From positions 1-8,023 of the forward strand of contig JBJCIZ010000792.1 in NCBI GenBank assembly GCA_051294375.1: DNA of 8,023 nt. Direction: 5' to 3'. Below the pieces are notes generated by a model, which was given only the letters and a program-made list of their open reading frames with translations, was not told the DNA's origin and made no database searches. The DNA is from Paraspadella gotoi (Eukaryota; Animalia; Chaetognatha). Below are positions 1-8,023 of this stretch, in pieces (within the stretch, counting starts at the first letter, position 1; each line of letters begins with the position of its first letter). Position numbers and translations under genes: made by a program.

Positions 1-389
1 ATAGCAGAGAGATACGGCGGCTGTGGGCGGTTGTCCAGGTGTGATGATTGAGGCCTGGGATATCGAAAAGTGAGAGATGGATTAGATACCCTCTCTGTGA
101 GGTAGTAGTGTTCGTGGCTTCTCTTCACCGCCTCTCTCTGTTGCAATGGATCACTGTGCCTCTAATCATGTTATGCCTTTGTCAGGGTATATGTAAAGAA
201 TCTTCGTCATATGATGATTTTCGTAAAGTCGTGGGAATAAGTTCATGTTGACTGTTCATGTTGTGTCGGAGAATGAGTCAACAGCCTTTGTTAAATGTTG
301 TTTATTTCGCCGTCAAGATTAACCTTGATGTGTCACAGTATCAAACCCGGCTGGGTCGTTACCCGGTTAGCATCCGTGGAATAGATTTA

Positions 390-665
390 AGGAGCAGAGG
401 AGAGGAGTGGTCGGTAGGGTCCGGCGCGCGGACGCGCGGAGAGCCGGGAAGGCGGAGCGCGGAGCTATCGGTTTGTGTGGCCGCGGACATTTCGCGACTG
501 GATGCCGGGAGGCCGGAGCCAGAATTTTTATCTGGCCTGGGAGCCGGAGCGGCTGGAGAGGGCCGGAGGTCCTGGAAACAAATATTGTTGAGCCGGTGTA
601 GCCCGGAGCTGGAGGACTCGGAGTCCTTGAAATAAAAAAATGACCTTCGTCCTTCACAGCTCCGA
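390..665. repeat. GC-rich degenerate GGAGCC-type internally repetitive element, probably a non-autonomous DNA transposon/MITE remnant
   Basis: GC island with recurring GGAGCC/GGAGCG/CCGGAG motifs (e.g. ggccggagcc 511-520, gagccggagc 541-550, gcccggagct 601-610) broken by short A/T tracts. Sharp boundary with AT-rich DNA at ~665. No clean terminal inverted repeats resolved, so the MITE call is inference. Confidence 0.5.
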
Positions 666-799
666 TAAGATAATTAAAGAAATAAAATAAGATTATAATT
701 ATCAAATTAAAAAAATATTAAAAAAAAAAGTGATGGAGGCCTTAAACCACCAAAGCCTGTCAAAGTCAGGGGCAAGATAGCCTATTTATTAAATGAATG

Positions 800-1280
800 G
801 ATAATTTTTATATTGGTTGTACCAATTTCATAATATTGATTTTTATAATTTATGAAAATTTTCAACTTACTTGTTTCACTATTTTCTATTTTTTTATTTT
901 TTTATTTTTATAATTAATATAATATCATATATATATTATATATAAGATTAATTAAATAATAATAATTCTTTATTTTTAATCTATTAAATTTATTATAAAA
1001 TACTTTCAATTTTTTATGAAGTAAAATTTATCCCTGAATATGCTTTAGCTTACTTAATACAGCAGTCTGATTAAAGGCAAAGCTTTTCAATAATATATTT
1101 TAAATAATAATAATAATAATAAAAGTTATTTTGCTTAATAATTTTTTTTCCTATTATATACTTGCAATTTTTATTACATATGGTTAAAACATATATATTT
1201 AAATGATAAAAAATTAAATTACTTTAATATAATACTTTTTATTTTTAACTTTTTAATTAATGAATCCAAAAATATACCAT
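800..1280. other. Very AT-rich low-complexity non-coding tract
   Basis: Dominated by A/T runs, (TA)n and (AAT)n (e.g. ~1102-1120); no ORF in the track. Confidence 0.75.
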
Positions 1281-1281
1281 A

Positions 1282-1937
1282 AAACTTATCATATTAGTTT
1301 ACTTCTTTCATAGTATTAAGGAGATAAAAGTTTTTGAATTTGAACAAAATTTTAAGTCAGGATATGTTTCGGCTCACAAGGGTTAGAGCCTTCATCAGCA
1401 GTTTTGAAATCAACAATTTTTTCTCTGTTAATGTTAAGTTTTAGAGAGAGAGAGAGAGATTTTTCAACAAAGAATAGGGTAAGAGACAGTGGCCCGATGT
1501 GAGGACAGCTGAAGGTGAGGACAGGGAAGAAGAAACAAATTTTATGAAAAGTCAAAAGAGAGAAGGAGAGAGAGAGAGAGAGAGAGAAATTAATATCAAT
1601 ACATTTGGTAATGTACAACAGAGATATAGTGGAATAAATTAAATTAACAAACTTAAAGATAAACTAATATTTAACAAAAATAAAATATATTAAATTAGTT
1701 CTAACTAAATAAATAAATAAAGTGAATGAAAGTGAAATTTGAAATGGAAGAATAAGTGGTGAGGGATAGTTAAGTAAAGTGATAGTGAAAGTAAGTGTAA
1801 AAAAGAGCTCAAAATGAGCTGGTTGCCCCTGGCCGGGCAAATAGAAGATATATTATATGCCTGAAAGGAATAACCATACTGGGGTATCCTATCAATCTTT
1901 TTTTTTATTAAGGTCGGACTAAGTGATAGACAAAAAG
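1282..1937 (-). mobile_element. HHR-bearing non-coding repeat, copy 1 (Penelope pLTR-like / retrozyme-like non-autonomous element)
   Basis: Colinear with 4250-4932 from aaacttatc to gtcggactaagtgatagacaaaaag, with sharp shared ends and different flanks. Has an HHR core ~80-115 nt from its minus-strand 3' end and internal (GA)n tracts at ~1443-1459 and ~1557-1587. Confidence 0.8.
1355..1408 (-). ncRNA. Minimal type-I hammerhead ribozyme motif
   Basis: Minus strand reads aaaacug-CUGAUGA(1398-1392)-A-GGCUC-uaacccuugu-GAGCC-GAAAC(1370-1366)-AU-AUC. Both core boxes are exact and stem II is a perfect 5 bp. Stem III (ACAUAU, one change from palindromic ACAUGU) and stem I are imperfect. Predicted NUH site is AUC, cutting between 1361 and 1360. 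Confidence 0.75.
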
Positions 1938-4249
1938 AAGAGGGAGAGGAGAAAGAGGGGAGGGGGAGAGAAAAGAGAACATGAAAGGGGTTAAAATGAG
2001 ATACTCTGGTTAATCCTAAAACTTTGTCTCGCGAGATAGTCTGGGTTTAAACCTCATTTTATTAGCTTGGACAGGGGAAATAACAATGGGTCAGTGACAT
2101 GGGGTAGTCACTGGAGGTAGCAATGCCCTGGAGGAGGGCGGCGGAGCTATCTTTAGAGACTGATGTTATACGTAGTCGATGCGGCCAGATGTTCTTAAGT
2201 TACATTTTACAACCAGTGTCGCCGGAAGAGGCCCAAATATAAAATTTATAGCATTCAATTACTTCATACTTTCATTTTCTAAATGTTCTAATTCTTTTTT
2301 TCTGAAAAGAAAACAGCAAACCAAATAATTGCGGGAGAATGGTTGAAAAAATATTCTCTATGTTCATCAATAAACGTAGAACAAAAAAAGAAAAATAAAA
2401 AAGAAAAAGAGATCAGGGGGACAAAGTCAAGCAACTCCGTCCACATGAGACGGCAACTCAATCACGGGAAACTTGGGAAGCAGCAGGTGTCCCATTCTCG
2501 CAGCTGAAAAGTCAGACAGAGAAAGTCTCTGCAGAAAAAAGTGCTTAGACGTTTTTCCGATAATCTAAGCCTGACTTCGTTGCTTGGAGTTTGCAAAACG
2601 TGTGTTTAGGTTTTGAGAAAGTCATCCAGGTCCATGCCCCCAAAGGTAGTGACAACCCAAAGGGGATGAAGCCAACGGTCGGCGCGGGCAGTTTGCCGTC
2701 TATGTTTTAGGCATGTTTTGGACCTGACGAGCTCGTTCGCAGGGCATAATTGTGTGGGTTTTAAAAGAAAAAAATTTTTAAAAATGGGCTCACCAGTTTG
2801 GCCGCATTTTTAAAATATAAGCGTTTCATTGACAGATATCTTTCTGCCCCTCGCTCTCTCAACACATCGTAACTTTTACCTTTTTAAACGTTTTTATTCA
2901 TTCCTTATTTTTTTTAAAAAAATCGGATTTTTTTTCAAAAAAAATTTACGTTGTCTCCGCTTAACAGGATTTAAATAGGTAAAGTTTTTCCTGATTGATT
3001 GCTTGAGAACTTTTAGAAGGACTTGTTTTAATGTTTGGGAAATGAAAATTATTACCTAATCTTTAAGAAGTATTTAATGCAGAAGAAATTTTATTGTTTG
3101 GAATTGTACAGTTTTTATTAGGACGTTTAAAAGGTTGATGATCTTTTGTCGTTTTGTGGGACAACTTTCATATTGCCAAGTCGGCTTACGATACGGTGGC
3201 CGTAGATGACGGAAGTGATTTAATGGAAAGAGTAGGATTCTGGTCTTAGTCCATTTATGGGAAGTACGAACCAATGTTTGAAAATGTTGATTAAGTATAA
3301 TTTAATTTAACGCAGCTTAGTAATGATCCAATTAATAGTGATCAAAATGGGAAATACGGTAGAATTCTGCAGGCAAGAACATAAAGCCACGCTAGTCTGT
3401 ATAACGATAGCAAAATGGTGTTATGTCAAACCTTAAGACGATTAGGAAAGTACTTAACCTAGTTAGATTGGAGAAATTTAGGTTAAGTAGAAAATTTTGG
3501 AATTAAGGGCAATGGATTATGTGTGCCGAATATTTACAGATTTAAATTGAAGAAAAACCAGACCCGAGCCAGGATAGAAAAGCTTTTTGTGGCTTATTTT
3601 TAATGGTTTAAAAAAGATCATTCCAGTTTCTCATATGCAATATTGTTAGGTGATAGGGTAGGGTGATCAATTGAATTGTGTTAACTGCAGAGATATCGGC
3701 TTTTGACCTGTGAGCAGAAAATCTTTTTTTTGGAAGATTTGACGCGAAGAACTCCATAATAGTGTTTGAGAAGGCCTAACCTAAAGGCCCCATCTAAACT
3801 ATAATATAATCCACTATTCACTCATATAATAGTTATTGACTTGGGATTAAAAAAAAAGTTGACACATCTAAAAAATATGTTCGCCTTAGTAAATGCCTAG
3901 ATAAACCTGGTTCAAGATCCTGATTTCATATTCCTGAACAACATCTCACAACCCCTGAGTAATTGGTTATTATTAGCAATTATGTAAAAATGACACTAAA
4001 AGCCAAGTATGCAACCTTTAAAATAAAAAAAATTTTGGGACTCCTATTATTTAGTGGTAGTATCGATTGACCGATGTGTAAATTTGTTAACCAAGGGCAA
4101 TACAGACCTACGTTGAGAGCTGATTTAGTTTAAAATAATACCAGCTCATTGGATGAGCCCAGCAAAGTGATATAAGAAAATAGTGAATCCGCTTTGGAAA
4201 CAAAAAGGACACTCGCTAAGAACGCTTTTCGGTACTCATGAGCTATAGC

Positions 4250-4932
4250 AAACTTATCAATATTAGTTTGACTTCTTTCATTAGTATTAAGGAGATAACA
4301 GTTTTTGAATTTTTAAACAACTGATTTTTATTGACCAAAATTTTAAGTCAGGAATATGTTTGGGCTCACAAGGGTTAGAGCCTTCATCAGCAGTTTTGAA
4401 ATCAATCAATTTTCTCTGTTAATGTTAAGTTTTGGAGAGAGAGAGAGATTTTCCAACAAAGAATAGGGTAAGAACAGTGGCCGATGTGAGGACAGCTAAA
4501 GGTGAGGACAGGGAAGAAGAAACAAATTTGGTGAAAAGTCAAAGAGAGAAAGGAGAGAGGAGAAGAGAGAAAAAAATTAATCAATACATTTGGTTAATGT
4601 ACAACAGAGAGTATAGTGTGAATAAATTAATTTAACAAAACTTAAAAGATAAAGCTAATATAAACAAAATAAAATATATTAGAATTAGTTCTAACTAAAT
4701 AAATTAAGAAAAGTGAATTAAAGGTAAATTTGAAAAGTTGGAAGAATAAGTGGTGAGGGATAGAGTTAAGTAAAGTGATAGTGAAAGTAAGTGTAAGAAA
4801 GAAGCTCAAAATGAGCTGGCTGCCCCCGGCCGGGCAAATAGAGGATATATTATATGCCTGAAAGGAATAACCATACTCGGGTATCCTGTCAGTTCTTTTT
4901 TATTAAGGTCGGACTAAGTGATAGACAAAAAG
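4250..4932 (-). mobile_element. HHR-bearing non-coding repeat, copy 2
   Basis: Direct copy of 1282-1937 differing mostly by small indels. Retains a ~20 bp segment with a minus-strand AATAAA (4332-4327) that copy 1 lacks. Confidence 0.8.
4346..4400 (-). ncRNA. Hammerhead ribozyme motif with mutated core (CAAA instead of GAAA)
   Basis: Minus strand reads CUGAUGA(4390-4384)-A-GGCUC-uaacccuugu-GAGCC-CAAAC-AU-AUU. Position 4362 changes the catalytic G12 to C. Confidence 0.65.
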
Positions 4933-5685
4933 CATTGGTCAAGTTCAGGGTTTGAAAAGGGACTGGCCAGGAATAATGGGGATATAATTAAGCCTTCCCA
5001 TTCACCTGAATGAACCCAATAAAAACCCTAACGCCTAATTAAATTTATCTTATTTGCAATCTTTGCATCATTTACAGCAGGCCATTTTTTTAGGCCCTAA
5101 CCCTAACCTTTTATCTCATGCGCAAGCTAAAACCTTAAACCCTAGTATTTTTAACTCCTACAAGGTGACACACAACAGCCCGCCGCTAAAAAAAATTTGT
5201 CATTTTTACAAAATTTGCTAAATTTTTTTTTAATCTGAAAAAGTTTTTCTGTAATAAAAACCTAAATCATTTAATAGACCAAATTTTAATATTGATTGGT
5301 TTTGATTTGGACTTGGCACTGGAGCCAGAGAAAAGGTTGCTTCAAAATTGTGTTTCATTTAAATAACTTTATTTTTTTTTCAATCTGTTTTTCTAACTTT
5401 TTTAACTATTTTTTTACAAAACTTTATATAAAAAAGGTATCAATATTAATATCTTCTGAAAGCTTTTTAAAATTATTAAAGAGATTGGCATAATTAAAAA
5501 TTATGTAATATTAAAAATAGCCTTATCTTAGGCTTTAAGATAATTATTAATATAAAATTCTTAAAGAGCAGTTTTTTGAATAATTATTAAATTTTTATTT
5601 AGCTATTTTAATTTAGGTTTTTCTTAAGCTTTTTTATGATACTTATATAAAGCAATAAATTGGTAAGATTCATTATAGTAAGAAT
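4933..5685 (+). repeat. Duplicated segment, copy A (matches 6410-~7175)
   Basis: Near-identical from cattg...cagggtttgaaaagg through atgatacttatata; differences are mainly 1-2 bp indels. Contains ccctaaccctaacc at 5095-5108. Confidence 0.9.
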
Positions 5686-5882
5686 AGGTTCAGAATTATT
5701 TAAAAAAAATATTTTTAGTATTTTATTATTTCAATTTGATTATCTTAATTAACTATAAGCTGGTTATGCGCTTATATTATTCATCGTCTAGAAATTCTTA
5801 AATGATATCAGTTTTCTTCAAAATTTACCAAGAGCTTTTCAGAAGATATTAATATTGATACACTTCTTTATTAAAAGTTTTT

Positions 5883-6207
5883 ATTTGGAGAGAAAAGCAA
5901 AAATTTGTTTATGTTAACAATGGTTTTTGTTGTTATTTAAAAGTCGTACATTATGTCGAGCTGCCGTAGGATCTTTTCAGTAGTTTTTTGATTAGCGATG
6001 TAAAGTTTAAGAATCCATTTCAGTTGTTAAAATACTTGAGTTTGTAAATTTAAATGCTGATGAAGACTCGAAAGTTATAGGAATCGAAGACATGTTCCGA
6101 TTTTAAATAAAAACAAAATTATTGTTGGTTCAAATAGATTGAATTTTCGGTTTTCTCCTAAATAATTCAAAAAACCAAAAAAGAAGAGGATTAAATTAAC
6201 AAATGTA
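5883..6207 (+). mobile_element. ~325 bp HHR-bearing insertion (short/truncated PLE-type retrocopy) in the right arm of the palindrome
   Basis: Has no counterpart in the left arm and is flanked by aaaagttttt at 5873-5882 and 6208-6217. Carries an HHR motif, AATAAA (6106-6111) and tctcctaaata (6154-6164), resembling the 3' end of the 1282/4250 element. Confidence 0.65.
6048..6107 (+). ncRNA. Diverged minimal hammerhead ribozyme motif
   Basis: Reads uuuaaaug-CUGAUGA(6057-6063)-A-GACUC-gaaaguuauag-GAAUC-GAA(g)AC-AU-GUU-ccgauuuuaaa. Stem II is 4/5 bp, the stem III palindrome ACAUGU is at 6090-6095, and the GAAA box has one extra G. Confidence 0.6.
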
Positions 6208-6384
6208 AAAAGTTTTTTAAAAAGAATAGTTTATAAAGTTGACGATAAAATTGAAAAAAAGATGTTGTTTTAAATGAAAGACAATTTTAAAGCAACTTTT
6301 TCGCAGGTCATTATCAAGTCAAATTCGATTAAACCAATAAAATTAAAATTGGATATATAAATGGTTTTAGGTTTTTACTAGAAA

Positions 6385-6409
6385 NNNNNNNNNNNNNNNN
6401 NNNNNNNNN
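6385..6409. other. Assembly gap (25 N)
   Basis: Run of 25 N. Confidence 1.
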
Positions 6410-7175
6410 CATTGTTCCAGTCAGGGTTTGAAAAGGACTGGCCAGGAATAATGGGGATATAATATAAGCCTTCCCATTCACCCTGAATGAACCCATATAA
6501 AAACCCTAACCCTAATTAATTTTATTCCTTATTTGCAATCTTGCATCATTTTACGCAGGCCATTTTTTTTAGGCCCTAACCCTAACCTTTTATCTCATGC
6601 GCAAGCTAAAACCTTAAACCCTAGTATTTTTAACTCTTACCAGAGTGCACACAACAGCCTCGCGCCGCTAAATAAAAATCTGTCATTTACAAATTTTAAA
6701 TTTTTTTTTAATCTGAAAAAGTTTTTCTGTAATAAAAACCTAAATCATTTATATACCAAATTTTAATATTGATTGGTTTTGATTAGGACTTGGCACTGGA
6801 GCAGAGAAAGGTTGCTTTTAAAAAATTGTGTTTCAATTTAAATAACTTTATTTTTTTTTTCAATCTGTTTTTCTAATCTTTTAACTTAGTTTTTTTACAA
6901 AACTTTATATAAAAAAGGTATCAATATTAATATCTTCTGAAAGCTTTTAAAAATATAAAGAGATTGGCATAATTAAAAAGTTACTGTAATATTAAAAGTA
7001 GCCTTATCGTAGTTTGCTTTAAGATAATTATTAAATTAAAAATTCTTTAAAGAGCAGTTTTTGTGAATAATTATTAAATTTTTTTTAGCTATTTTAATTA
7101 AGTTTTTCTTAAGCTTTTTTATGATACTTATATAGAAACGAATTGAAGTTGGTGAAGATCGATGTAATAAGTAAG
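6410..7175 (+). repeat. Duplicated segment, copy A' (matches 4933-~5685)
   Basis: Starts at the same base as copy A, which is the first base after HHR element copy 2. Similarity decays with insertions after ~7135. Confidence 0.9.
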
Positions 7176-7244
7176 GAAAAATCTTTCAGATTAAAAATAT
7201 CTTCACAAGTTTGCAAATAACAATTTGAAGTTAAGACATGGGGA

Positions 7245-7780
7245 TAAATACATCACCTGTGGGCTCTTCCCTCAAAACTAAACCCTAACCCAAGTCTCCC
7301 GTACACCGCCTTTCCCCAACCCTAACCCAGGTCTAGGCCTCCCATACATTTCAATGCCTCAACCCTAACCACCTTCGACTCGCTAACTGTGGGCTTTCCT
7401 AACCCTAACCCTTACCCGGGCCTCTTGTTTAACTCCATTCCTCTCCCCTAATCCTAACCCAAACGCTGGCCTCCAGTACATCTCTGTGCCTGAACCCAAA
7501 CCTTACTGCCTTTGATGCATCAACCATGGGCTTTTCCCCTAACCCGAGCCTCTCGTTCAACTCCATGCTTTTCTCCCAAATCTAACTCTAACTCGGGCCT
7601 GGGCTTCCCATATATTCTGTGCCTTAACCCTAACCCTATCCGCCTTTGATGCATCAACAGTAAGCCTCTCCCTCTACCCTAACCTAGGCCTCCCATTCAA
7701 CTTCATGCCTCTCTCCTAACCCTAACCTTAACCCGGGACTAGGTCTCTCTTATATATTCATACCTCAACTTTAATCCCTA
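7245..7780 (+). repeat. Degenerate ~134 bp tandem satellite (~4 units), each made of three ~45 bp subunits containing CCCTAA
   Basis: gcctttgatgcatcaac recurs at 7508 and 7642 (134 bp apart), with related starts near 7371 and ~7245. Each unit also has ggcctc..gttcaactccatgc and ggcctccca.tacatt.tgtgcct blocks separated by (CCCTAA)1-3. Confidence 0.8.
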
Positions 7781-8010
7781 ATATCCATTGCCAGTACCTT
7801 GCTTAACCCTAATGCCGGCTTTTTGTTTATCTTAACCTTAAAATTGACATAAACCCTAACCATAACCTTAAACTACTTAACTTTAAGCCTAACCCTAAAT
7901 TACTCAACCCTAACCCTAATTATTACCAACTCAACCTTAACCCTAAACCAAACCAACTCAACCCTAAACTAACCTTAAACTATCTCAACCCTAACCCTAA
8001 CCATAATCTG
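7781..8010 (+). repeat. Degenerate telomere-like (CCCTAA/CCTTAA/ACTCAA) tract
   Basis: Dense aaccctaaccct variants and recurring ctcaaccctaa (~7903, ~7957, ~7985); never a long perfect array. Confidence 0.8.
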
Positions 8011-8023
8011 AGTTTTAAGTAAA

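Larger units (their letters stand above)
5246..6384. mobile_element. Long imperfect palindrome (foldback/MITE-like hairpin element); right arm interrupted by an insert and cut by the gap
   Basis: 5437-5461 gtatcaatattaatatcttctgaaa is the exact reverse complement of 5837-5861. 5246-5425 aligns inverted to ~6208-6384 (taaaaacctaaa, ttgctt.aaaattgt.tttcatttaaa). Weaker symmetry continues inward to ~5645. Confidence 0.75.

Noticed and set aside
48-705. Four overlapping ORFs (48-251, 258-635, 407-601 on +; 367-705 on -)
   Set aside because: No recognisable domain. Three of them stay open mainly because they cross the GC-rich GGAGCC repeat, giving low-complexity R/G/A/P-rich products.
1352-1618. 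88 aa minus-strand ORF and the related ORFs at 4402-4584 and 4432-4635
   Set aside because: These are translations of (GA)n/(TC)n tracts and of the hammerhead itself (ADEG...PKH corresponds to CTGATGAAGG...CCGAAAC). The frame is not preserved between the two copies.
3074-3290. 66 aa minus-strand ORF and RT-like words VDD and PFMGS on the plus strand
   Set aside because: The words are in different frames and in the wrong order for reverse transcriptase motifs, and the ORF has no recognisable similarity.
4141-4158. Hairpin gctcat-tgg-atgagc resembling the element's agctc-aaaat-gagct hairpin
   Set aside because: Only about 10 nt match, with no flanking similarity; likely chance.
2941-4270. Long ORF under a stop-codon-reassigned genetic code
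   Set aside because: Frame 1 has about 18 stops in 300 codons (3001-3900), roughly what random AT-rich DNA gives. All three stop types occur and no single frame stands out.
5296-6766. ORFs 5296-5493 and 6533-6766
   Set aside because: F/K/N/L-rich translations of AT-rich repeat DNA; the frames are broken in the duplicate copy.
7245-8023. True telomere or CRISPR-like array
   Set aside because: The repeats are degenerate and in the wrong orientation for a right-hand chromosome end. The intervening sequences are themselves repeated rather than unique spacers, and there are no cas genes.

Overview
AT-rich, repeat-derived eukaryotic DNA, most likely an invertebrate draft assembly, with a 25-N gap at 6385-6409. 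I find no credible intact protein-coding gene. The main signal is a set of minimal type-I hammerhead ribozyme (HHR) motifs of the kind carried by Penelope-like elements (PLEs) and retrozymes. Two lie on the minus strand inside two direct copies of a ~660-680 bp non-coding element (1282-1937 and 4250-4932, ~3 kb apart). A third, diverged HHR is on the plus strand in a ~325 bp insert (5883-6207) with a candidate 10-bp target-site duplication (TSD). That insert interrupts one arm of a long imperfect palindrome (5246-6384, centre ~5645). A fourth, strongly decayed HHR-like fold may sit at ~2716-2766. Other features are a GGAGCC-rich repeat (~390-665), a ~750 bp duplication across the gap (possibly an assembly or haplotype artefact), and a ~134 bp higher-order satellite built around CCCTAA that grades into degenerate telomere-like repeats at the right end. 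All alignments and folds were done by eye.
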